The notes below the pieces were generated by a model. That model was not told the origin of the DNA. It ran no database searches and worked only from the letters and a program-made list of their open reading frames with translations. Position numbers and translations under genes: made by a program. This document shows positions 1 to 7,835 of a DNA stretch of 45,066 bases, piece by piece (position 1 is the stretch's first letter; every line of letters begins with the position of its first letter). This DNA comes from Candidatus Methylomirabilota bacterium (GTDB taxonomy: Bacteria; Methylomirabilota; Methylomirabilia; Rokubacteriales; CSP1-6). The DNA lies in contig JBKPAK010000269.1 in assembly GCA_046726415.1 (NCBI GenBank), positions 1 to 45,066 on the forward strand, given 5' to 3'.

Positions 1-282
1 CGGCGCGATGGCCTCCCCACACTCCACGCAGGTTCCATACTCACCAGTGCTGAGCCGATCCAGGGCGGCCGTGATGCGATTCACCCTATCGACCAGCAGC
101 TCACGCGTACCGAACATGATCTCGCGCTCTTCGCTGGCGACGATCTCATCGACCTCGTCGGCGAAGGGCGAGTTGTCCCCGGCCGGACCCGGAAGTTCTT
201 CCAGTGCCACTCCACCCATCTGGCGAAGGCGGTTCACCGCTTGGGACAGGTCCCTCTCGAGCCGCTCCCGCATTCCCCTCAT
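1..282 (-). CDS. TraR/DksA-family C4 zinc-finger protein (runs off the window at its 3' end)
   Basis: Hand translation from ATG 282 (GGAGG upstream): MRGMRERLERDLSQAVNRLRQ...FADEVDEIVASEERE...VNRITAALDRLSTGEYGTCVECGEAIAP. Coiled coil followed by the ALxRxxxGxYGxCxxCGxxI motif. Not in the ORF track. Confidence 0.85.
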   Translation of the reverse strand, partial: MRGMRERLERDLSQAVNRLRQMGGVALEELPGPAGDNSPFADEVDEIVASEEREIMFGTRELLVDRVNRITAALDRLSTGEYGTCVECGEAIAP

Positions 283-318
283 CGCTCTTCCTCCCGTGTC
301 ATGACTGGCCGCAAGTCC

Positions 319-335
319 TGCAACGCCCATGCCGA
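319..335 (-). promoter_or_regulatory. Putative sigma54 -24/-12 promoter for the DksA-like gene
   Basis: Minus strand TCGGCATGGGCGTTGCA = GG-N10-GC with TTGC, 36 bp upstream of the ATG. Confidence 0.55.
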
Positions 336-531
336 TCACACTAGGAGCTCGGTCTCTCCTAAATCTACGGAAACAAATAGGTCTGTCATATCGGGAAGTA
401 TCGACTCCTGAACCGCCGGCGGGCGAAATGCCCGATCGAATGTCAGTTTCTACCGCTATGTCCCTAACAGGCCTTCAACGAGTTTGGCGCCCCGGATGCG
501 GACTTCAAGCTCCATCGGCTGCTCGCCCCGG

Positions 532-596
532 GCGTCAGGCGACAAGCTCGCCCAAAGCGTCATGCGACAAGCTCGCCCAAAGCGTCATGCGACAAG
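532..596. repeat. 25-bp tandem repeat, ~2.6 copies, overlapping the transporter stop codon
   Basis: GCGTCA(G/T)GCGACAAGCTCGCCCAAA at 532 and 557, partial copy at 582. Confidence 0.9.
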
Positions 597-1829
597 GAGC
601 AGGGTAACGACGGCGAACAAGGGGATGAGCACGAGGCCACTGTAGACCATGTAGCCGAAGAAGCTGGGCATCTTGACGCCCGATTCCTCGGCGATCGACT
701 TGACCATGAAGTTGGGAGCATTGCCGATATACGTGTTGGCGCCCATAGCCACCGCGCCCACGCTGATGGCCGCGAGGATGGCCGCGGGTACCCCCACGAC
801 CTCGTTGGCAAGTCCGAGGCCTTGGCCGAGGGCGAGAAACACGAGGTAGGTCGGCGCATTATCGAGGAACGACGAGAGCGCGCCGGTCGCCCAGAAGAAC
901 TGCCAGGGCTGGCGAACACCCAGTCCGGGCCCCCGCATGCGCAGCAACTCCAGCGCCGGAATCATGGTCAGGAAGATCCCGAAGAAGAGGACGGCAACCT
1001 CCACCATCGGATATGTCGTGAAGCCGTTGGCGCGCCTGATCTCTCGCGGCGTCGTCCAGAGCGAGACCCCGACCAGCGCCGTGATCAGGAGCTCTCTGAC
1101 GGGCGCCCGGAGGAACGCGACCGCGAGCACCACCCCGACCAGCCAGATAGCGTTGCTGCCCCCGTGCACTCGCAGGGGTTCGAGCCCTGTCCGGTCCCGG
1201 AGGATCGCCGCCATGGGTTCGCGCGCGTACTGGCTCGAGTCCCAGACGAGGTAGACGAGCAGCAGGGTACCGACCATCAGGAGCCAGTGTGGCCACAACC
1301 GAAAGGTCCACGCGAACGGCACGCCCTGCAGGTAGCCCAGGAACAACGGGGGATCGCCGAGGGGAGTCAGCATGCCGCCGATGTTCGACACGGTGAAAAT
1401 GAAGAAGACCACCGTGTGCTTCACCCGCGTTCGCTCCTGGTTGGTTTGCAGTAACGGGCGAATGAGAAGCATCGACGCGCCCGTGGTACCGACGAAGGAC
1501 GCCAGCACCGACCCGACGGCAAGGAAGCCGGTATTGGTGAGCGGCGTGGCCATCAGGTCGCCCCGAAGCAACACCCCACCCGAGATGACGTAGAGGCCGG
1601 CCAGCAGGATGATGAACGAGACGTATTCCTCGGCCATCGCCACCAGGGCGCCGGGTCGCCGCCTCAGGTAGACGCCGAGGATGGGCAGACCCAGGACACA
1701 GGCCACGAGCAGCTTGTTCCGGTTGCTCTCCCACCAGTGCGGCCGCCACAGCGGCAAGACCGCGATCGCCAGCAGCATGAGGACGAACGGCACCACCGCG
1801 TAGAGGGGCAGCGCAGATCCTGAAGGCAA
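585..1829 (-). CDS. IT-superfamily membrane transporter (putative Na+/H+ antiporter / CitMHS_2-like)
   Basis: Polytopic hydrophobic ORF with SNIGGMLTPLGDPPLFLG, SSFLDNAPTY and TYIGNAPNFMVKSIAE. Start moved to TTG 1829, which has GGAGAGG upstream. Confidence 0.8.
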   Translation of the reverse strand: MPSGSALPLYAVVPFVLMLLAIAVLPLWRPHWWESNRNKLLVACVLGLPILGVYLRRRPGALVAMAEEYVSFIILLAGLYVISGGVLLRGDLMATPLTNTGFLAVGSVLASFVGTTGASMLLIRPLLQTNQERTRVKHTVVFFIFTVSNIGGMLTPLGDPPLFLGYLQGVPFAWTFRLWPHWLLMVGTLLLVYLVWDSSQYAREPMAAILRDRTGLEPLRVHGGSNAIWLVGVVLAVAFLRAPVRELLITALVGVSLWTTPREIRRANGFTTYPMVEVAVLFFGIFLTMIPALELLRMRGPGLGVRQPWQFFWATGALSSFLDNAPTYLVFLALGQGLGLANEVVGVPAAILAAISVGAVAMGANTYIGNAPNFMVKSIAEESGVKMPSFFGYMVYSGLVLIPLFAVVTLLLVA

Positions 1830-1845
1830 GGCGTCCTCTCCGGGG

Positions 1846-4800
1846 CTACGCGTCGGAGAGGGGCAGAGTGATCCGGAAACAGGACCCGCGCCCCGGCGCG
1901 CTGCGGACGGTGACCGTGCCGCGATGGTGCTCGACGATCTCTCGGCTGATCGGCAGCCCAAGCCCCGCCCCTTCCGGCTTGGCGGTGAGCGTGTCCCCTA
2001 CTTGGCGAAAGCGCTCGAAGATGGCGTCCATCTGGTCAGGGAGGATCCCGACCCCGGTGTCCTCCACCTCGACGACGGCGCGGGCATCGTTGGTCAGTGT
2101 GCGCACCCACACCCGCCCGCCGCGGGGGGTGAACTTGGCGGCGTTGGAGAGGAGGTTGGTGAGGACCTGGATGATCTTGTCGCGATCGGCCAGGACCGGC
2201 ACGCGGTCCGGGACGGGCGACGCCTCGAGGTCGATCGCCTTATTGTCGAAGAGCGCGTGATTGGTCAGCACGGCCTGAGCCACCACTTCTCGAAGGTCGA
2301 GGCTCTCGATTCGCCACTCCATCTTGCCGGCCTCGATCTTCGACAGGTCGAGCAGCTGGTTGATCATGCGGGACAGACGCTGGCTCTCCTGGGTGATGAT
2401 GGCCAGGAACTGCTGCTGGCGCTCGCCGGGGATGTCGGCGCGACCTTCGAGCAGGCTCTCGGACAGCGAGCGGATGGCGGTGAGCGGCGTCCGCAGCTCG
2501 TGGGACACGGTGGACACGAAGTCGCTCTTGAGCCGGTCTAGCTCCGTGAGCCGCTGGTTCGCCTCTTCCAGCTCGGCCGTGCGCTGCCGCACCTTGACTT
2601 CCAGCTCGTGCGACAGATCCCCGAGCTCGCGGTAGAGCTGCGCATTCTGGATGCCCAGCCCGAGCTGGACGGCCAGCGTGCGGAAGAACTGGAGGAACTC
2701 CGGAGAAAAGTACACGCGGCCAGTGGACGAGTAGACCGAGAGCACGCCGATGGGCCGCTCCTCGACGGCGATGGGCGCGTGGACGAAAGAGCGGGGCTCC
2801 GGCGCCTCCGGCGCCGGGAAGACCACCGGCTTGCGGATCAGCGTCGCGTCCTCCACCACCAGCACGCGGTTGTCCACAAAGCACTCGCCGAAGTACGTGT
2901 CGCGCGAGAGTGGATCTCCGCGGGAGAGGTCGGTCTCGGGCGGCAGGCCCACGTGGCTCTTGATGCGCAGATGTTCGTCGGGATCCCGCAGCCGGATCGT
3001 AAGCACGTCGAACGCGAACTCCTGGCGCAGGAGCTGAACGACCCCGTCCATCATCTGTTGGGGATCCAGGGTGGAGGCGATCCGTCGGGTCGCCTCGTTG
3101 AGCAGGCTCAGCTCCCGCACCCGCCGTTGGAGATCCTCACGGCTCTGCTCCAGAGACTGCGACACCTTTCCGAAGACGTCGAAGATGGTTTCGAAGCGGG
3201 CGGTCGCCCCCTGCAGCGTCTCTAGAATGGCCTGGGCGGAAGCAGTTCCGACGGCCCCCGAAAGCGTGCGCTCGGTGAACTGGAGAAGCTCGCGCTGGTC
3301 GGCCTCGGTCAACGGCCGCCCGTCGGGGATGCCCCGGGAGTCAACGAAGCCGCGGAAGGCCTCCTGGGCCTTGTCGCGACCGACGAACTTGGCCACGAGC
3401 TCCTCGAGCCGCTCGGCGGTGAGGCCGTGGACGCCCACGGGCGTTGCCGCTCGGGCCCGTTCGCGCTCGAATACGCCCACGAAGCGCTCGGCCTGGGAGG
3501 TCTCGAGTGACAAGGGCCGCGTGTAGAGGGAGACCGCGGCAAAGGCGGCCACGTTGAAGGCGAGCGACCAGAAGACCGTATTTGACCAGAAGCCGATCCC
3601 GGTGACCCCGAAGAGTTGCTCGGGGCGGAGCCAGCCGATCCCGAAGGGCCCCTCCCGGATGAGGCTCTCGGGGACCCAGCCCGAGCGCACGAAGGAGGGC
3701 AGGAGCAGCGTATACGCCCAGATGCCGAAGCCGGCCGAGAGTCCGGCCAGCGCGCCCTGGCGCGTGGCCCGGCGCCAGTAGAGGCCGCCGAAGAAGGCGG
3801 GCGCGAACTGGGCCACCGCCGCGAACGAGATGAGGCCGATATTCACCAGCGTGTACGACTCGCCGATCAGGTGGTAGTACGCGTAGCCCAGCAGAATGAT
3901 CACGGCGATGGCCAGCCGCTTGGCGTTGATGAGGAGCCCAGAGATGTCGCGGGTCATGCCGCGGCGGACGAGCGAGGGGACGACCAGGTTGTTGAGGATC
4001 ATCGTCGACAGCGCAATGGACTCGACGATCACCATGCCTGTCGCCGCCGAGATCCCACCGATGAACGCGAACAGGGCCAGGCCCTGCTGATGCTGGGCCA
4101 TCGGCAGCGTCAGCACGAAGTAGTCGGCGGCGGTCACCGGCGCGCCGGGAAAGATCAGCACTCCCCCGAAGGCGATGGGAAGCACGAAGACATTGATGAG
4201 GAGCAGGTACACAGGGAACATCCACATCGCGGTCTTGATGTGGCCCTCGCGCGTGTTGCCGATGACGGCCATGTGAAACTGGCGCGGCAGGAACAGGATG
4301 GCCATCATCGAGAGCCAGGTGAGGGCCGCCCAGTCGCCATACGAGAACACGGGGTCGCCGCCGAGCATGCGGGCGTACTCGGGACGCTGGGCCGCGCGTC
4401 CGAAGATGTCGGCGAAGCCGCCGAAGACCCCGTAGGTGACGAACACCCCTACGGCCAGAAACGCGAGCAGCTTCACCAGCGACTCGAAGGCGATGGTGGC
4501 CACCAGTCCCTCGTGCCGACGCGAGGAGTCGAGGTCGCGCGCGCCGAACATGATCCCGAAGGCGATCAGCAGCACGGCCGTCCCGAAGGCGGTGTCGGCC
4601 CAGAACGGCCGGCTCGCCGACGCCGGCAGCGTGGTGGTGACGGCTGGGTATTGCAGAAGGACCTCAAAGGTCTGGGAGATCGCCTTGAGCTGCAGCGCGA
4701 TGTAGGGGGTAATGCCGACTACGGTAATGACCGCCACCACGCCGCCGAGAAGTGTGGACTGGCCGTAGCGGGAGCCGAGGAAGTCGGCGATGGAGGTGAT

Positions 4801-5094
4801 GTTGTTGGCCTTGGCGATGCGAACGGTCTTGCGGAGCACCCACCACCATCCGACGGCCATGAGCGTAGGGCCGAGGTAGATCGGCAGAAACCCCACGCCG
4901 GAGGCCACCGCCCGCCCCACGCTCCCGTAGAAGGTCCAGGAGGTGCAGTACACCGCCAGGGAGAGCGAGTAGATGACGGGGCTGTCAATAAGGCTCGTCC
5001 CCTCGCGCGCCCGCCGGTCGACGTAGTACGCGATGGCGAACAGGCCGAGCACGTACGCGAAGGCGACGCTGGCGATGCTCCAGGCGGTCAGCAC
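1846..5094 (-). CDS. SLC5(SSS)-STAC-GAF sensor histidine kinase (CrbS/CbrA-like), HK1
   Basis: N-terminal YSLSLAVYCTSWTFYGSVG and LPRQFH SSS domain; STAC-like ERTLSGAVGTASA; GAF; SHELRTPL H-box; NLLSNAAKF, DTGVGI and GAGLGL boxes. Confidence 0.92.
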   Translation of the reverse strand: MLTAWSIASVAFAYVLGLFAIAYYVDRRAREGTSLIDSPVIYSLSLAVYCTSWTFYGSVGRAVASGVGFLPIYLGPTLMAVGWWWVLRKTVRIAKANNITSIADFLGSRYGQSTLLGGVVAVITVVGITPYIALQLKAISQTFEVLLQYPAVTTTLPASASRPFWADTAFGTAVLLIAFGIMFGARDLDSSRRHEGLVATIAFESLVKLLAFLAVGVFVTYGVFGGFADIFGRAAQRPEYARMLGGDPVFSYGDWAALTWLSMMAILFLPRQFHMAVIGNTREGHIKTAMWMFPVYLLLINVFVLPIAFGGVLIFPGAPVTAADYFVLTLPMAQHQQGLALFAFIGGISAATGMVIVESIALSTMILNNLVVPSLVRRGMTRDISGLLINAKRLAIAVIILLGYAYYHLIGESYTLVNIGLISFAAVAQFAPAFFGGLYWRRATRQGALAGLSAGFGIWAYTLLLPSFVRSGWVPESLIREGPFGIGWLRPEQLFGVTGIGFWSNTVFWSLAFNVAAFAAVSLYTRPLSLETSQAERFVGVFERERARAATPVGVHGLTAERLEELVAKFVGRDKAQEAFRGFVDSRGIPDGRPLTEADQRELLQFTERTLSGAVGTASAQAILETLQGATARFETIFDVFGKVSQSLEQSREDLQRRVRELSLLNEATRRIASTLDPQQMMDGVVQLLRQEFAFDVLTIRLRDPDEHLRIKSHVGLPPETDLSRGDPLSRDTYFGECFVDNRVLVVEDATLIRKPVVFPAPEAPEPRSFVHAPIAVEERPIGVLSVYSSTGRVYFSPEFLQFFRTLAVQLGLGIQNAQLYRELGDLSHELEVKVRQRTAELEEANQRLTELDRLKSDFVSTVSHELRTPLTAIRSLSESLLEGRADIPGERQQQFLAIITQESQRLSRMINQLLDLSKIEAGKMEWRIESLDLREVVAQAVLTNHALFDNKAIDLEASPVPDRVPVLADRDKIIQVLTNLLSNAAKFTPRGGRVWVRTLTNDARAVVEVEDTGVGILPDQMDAIFERFRQVGDTLTAKPEGAGLGLPISREIVEHHRGTVTVRSAPGRGSCFRITLPLSDA

Positions 5095-5098
5095 CGGC

Positions 5099-5299
5099 TC
5101 ACCCCTCGTCGTCCCACGAGGCCCGGGCGAGGACGAACACGGCCACGATGCCCGCGCACCAGGCGCCGAAAAGGTAGAGGTAGAGGATGGGGATGCCCGC
5201 CAGGGTCGCGCCGCGGTTGAAGATCGCCAGCACCGGGAAGTTGAGCAGGAGCGCGCCCATGACGAACAGGAGGGCGAGCTTGCCGCCGACGCCGCTCAG
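5099..5299 (-). CDS. Small 2-TM membrane protein preceding HK1 (paralog of 17595..17795)
   Basis: Hand translation: (M)SGVGGKLALLFVMGALLLNFPVLAIFNRGATLAGIPILYLYLFGAWCAGIVAVFVLARASWDDEG*. CTG start overlaps the upstream TGA with GGAGG 7 nt before it; alternative ATG at 5260. Not in the ORF track. Confidence 0.8.
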   Translation of the reverse strand: MSGVGGKLALLFVMGALLLNFPVLAIFNRGATLAGIPILYLYLFGAWCAGIVAVFVLARASWDDEG

Positions 5300-7479
5300 G
5301 GGGCCGCCTCCGCCTGATCGCGGGCCGGACGCCCGGGACCGGGACGGGCCCGACGCGTTGCCTCCAAGGCCTGTCCGAGGGTGGCGATCTGGCGCTTGTG
5401 GAGCAGGGGCAAGAGGCGGACGAGGACATCGGCAGTCGCCAGGGCGTCACCGAGGGCGGAGTGCCGGCCATGGACGGTGACGCCAAGGCGGCCGGCTGCC
5501 GCGTCCAGCTCGTGGCCAGGCAGGGGGCCATGGACAACCGAGCTGAGGGACAGGGTGTCGAGAACGGGGTGTGATGCCGTGAGCGATGGGAGGCCCAGGC
5601 GTCTGGCCTCGCGCTCGAGAAAGCGGAGGTCGAACCAGACTTGGTGCCCCACCAGGACCGCGCCCTCGGCGAAGACCAGGAACGCCGGGAGCACGACATC
5701 GATCTTGGGCCTGTTCGCGACCATATCGTCCGTGATCCCATGGAAGCGGCTACTGCCGGGCGGAATAGGCCGCGCGGGGTTGACGAGCGCGTCGAACGTC
5801 TCGCCCCGCTTCACGACGCCACGCCGCACGCGAACGGCCCCCAGCGAGACGATATGGTCGCGGTCCGGATCGAGACCCGTCGTCTCGGTATCGAGCACGA
5901 CGCAATCGAGCTGGTCCAGGACCCGGGCACGGTCGTCGGGCCTCAGGTGCCGCTCCATGTCGTCGAGAAGCGAGAAATCATAGAAGTCAGGTCGCGCGGC
6001 CTTTCCCTCGCCACTCCCCGCGGCCGAGACGGTGCCGGCGCCCGCGAACGCGAGCCTCCTGCCCTGACCGTGGCGCGGGTCTTCCGCGGCAGCAGACACG
6101 GGCAGGCTCAGCGCGAACCCGAGCCGGGGCGGGTCGGCGTACGCCCACACTTCTCCGGAATGGCGCTGGGCGATCTCGCGGACGGAGACCGCCGTGACAC
6201 CGGTACCCGGGGGCGTCTCGAGGACCGCCTCGAGCTCCTCGACGTCACCGTGGCCGACGCTGCCGACATCGATCTGGACGACGCCACCCCGTGGCGTCGA
6301 GCGCAGCCAGACGGCCGTGTCCGGCCCTACTCGGGCCGCGACCGCGGTGACCAAGTAGGCGATCGCGCCGCTCAGTTGGGAGGCCTCGACCCGGATAGGG
6401 CACGCGGGTTGCGGACCTTGGTCACTGTCCACGCGCCCGGCCGGCAAGTCACGCTGGGCGAGCCGCCGCAAGGCCATCGCCGTCAGGTCGGCCACCGTGA
6501 CTTCCTCGAAATGCCAGGGCGGCTCGCCGAGCCCCAGCGACCCGGGCCCGGTGACCGCGCGCAGGAGCCCGGAGAGCCGAACCGCTTCCGCATGAATCGC
6601 GCCGACGAGGCGGCTGGCGGGGTCACCGAGGTCGGCCCGGTCGGCCATGAGGCTTTCGGAAAGAGAGCGGATCGAGGCCAGGGGGCCACGGAAGTCCCGG
6701 AGGGCGTCGGTCAGGCGCCGCCGGCGCATCTCATCGAGGCGGGCCGGGGAGGTGACGTCGCGCAGGACGAGGACGAACCCCACGAGCCGCTCGTCGTCGA
6801 AAAAGGGCGTCATCACCGTGTCGAGGACAGCCTCGCCGCCAGGATGGAGACGAAACCGCTCGGCGCTGCCGCCTGTCGTCCGCAGGCGCTCCTGGTAGTA
6901 CGTGACCTTCTCGCGGTCCACGACCTCGAAGAGATTGCGTCCCAGCAGGCTCGCTCCGCCCGTGGCCAGGCGCTCCTGGGCCTCGCGATTGGCCAGCGTC
7001 ACGCGGCCCTCGGGCGCGGTCACCACCACAGCTTCGCCGAGCGTTTCCAGAACGGCAGACAGCTTCGACCGCTCGACGGTAAGCTCGTGAGTGGCTCGGA
7101 TCACCTCGGCCTCGAGTCCCGTGCGAGCCTCTTGCACCCGGTCAGCCATCCGGTTGATCTCCGCGGCCAGCGCCTCTAACTCGTCGCCGGTGTGGACGTC
7201 GAGGCGGTGCTGGAAGTTCACCGTCGCCATTAGCTCGGTGCCGAGCTGGATCTGTTGCAGCGTGCGCACGAGCGAGCGGCCGATCGTGTGCGCGATGACG
7301 CCGAGGTAGGTCATCATCGCGGCGAACCCGACGGCGACGGTTATGACGAGCCCGAAAGGGTCCTGGAAGATCCCGCGGCGGTAAAGCGCGAGCAGGATCA
7401 GCCCGCCGGCCAACGCCGGCACGAGGAATAGGAGGAGGACGCCGTGGACGAGTTTACGCTCGAGACGGGAGGACCGCAC
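5296..7479 (-). CDS. Membrane HAMP-PAS-pseudo-histidine-kinase fused to a DnaQ-like DEDDh 3'-5' exonuclease domain
   Basis: Two TM helices, HAMP (GDELEALAAEINRMA), PAS, His-less DHp (LRDFRGPLASIRSLSESL), eroded HATPase; C-terminal VLDTETTGL, GHQVWFD, LDTL, HSALGDA. Confidence 0.85.
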   Translation of the reverse strand: MRSSRLERKLVHGVLLLFLVPALAGGLILLALYRRGIFQDPFGLVITVAVGFAAMMTYLGVIAHTIGRSLVRTLQQIQLGTELMATVNFQHRLDVHTGDELEALAAEINRMADRVQEARTGLEAEVIRATHELTVERSKLSAVLETLGEAVVVTAPEGRVTLANREAQERLATGGASLLGRNLFEVVDREKVTYYQERLRTTGGSAERFRLHPGGEAVLDTVMTPFFDDERLVGFVLVLRDVTSPARLDEMRRRRLTDALRDFRGPLASIRSLSESLMADRADLGDPASRLVGAIHAEAVRLSGLLRAVTGPGSLGLGEPPWHFEEVTVADLTAMALRRLAQRDLPAGRVDSDQGPQPACPIRVEASQLSGAIAYLVTAVAARVGPDTAVWLRSTPRGGVVQIDVGSVGHGDVEELEAVLETPPGTGVTAVSVREIAQRHSGEVWAYADPPRLGFALSLPVSAAAEDPRHGQGRRLAFAGAGTVSAAGSGEGKAARPDFYDFSLLDDMERHLRPDDRARVLDQLDCVVLDTETTGLDPDRDHIVSLGAVRVRRGVVKRGETFDALVNPARPIPPGSSRFHGITDDMVANRPKIDVVLPAFLVFAEGAVLVGHQVWFDLRFLEREARRLGLPSLTASHPVLDTLSLSSVVHGPLPGHELDAAAGRLGVTVHGRHSALGDALATADVLVRLLPLLHKRQIATLGQALEATRRARPGPGRPARDQAEAAP

Positions 7480-7828
7480 GGATCGCCTCCAAGATCTCGG
7501 CGTTCCCGAACGGCTTGGTCACGTAGGCCGCCGCCCCCAGCTCGAGGCCCTTCATCACCTCGACCTCCTGTCCCTTGGCGCTCAACATGATTACGGGGAC
7601 GTCCCACAGGTCGGGGTCGGCCTTAATGGCGCGGCACACGTCGTGGCCGTTGATTCTCGGGAGCATCACGTCGAGCAGGACGACGTCAGGGTGCAGGCGC
7701 CGGACCTGGGCGAGCCCATCCTCCCCGTCGACGGCCGCAGCCGTCTCGTAGCCCGCGCGCTGGAGCAGGAACTCCAGCGACAGTACGATGTGCGGCTCGT
7801 CCTCGACGATGAGCACCTTGCGCTTCAC
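7454..7828 (-). CDS. Single-domain response regulator (receiver only)
   Basis: VEDE, LLDVMLP, MLSAK and TKPF receiver motifs all intact; 124 aa. Confidence 0.93.
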   Translation of the reverse strand: MKRKVLIVEDEPHIVLSLEFLLQRAGYETAAAVDGEDGLAQVRRLHPDVVLLDVMLPRINGHDVCRAIKADPDLWDVPVIMLSAKGQEVEVMKGLELGAAAYVTKPFGNAEILEAIRAVLPSRA

Positions 7829-7835
7829 CGGCGCC

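Noticed and set aside
8-607. Plus-strand ORFs 8..304 and 329..607
   Set aside because: The first is antisense to the DksA-like gene; the second spans a promoter and tandem repeat with no protein features
5296-5900. DNA polymerase III epsilon (dnaQ)
   Set aside because: The DEDDh domain is fused to a membrane sensor in a transporter locus, so the replicative proofreading name is unsupported
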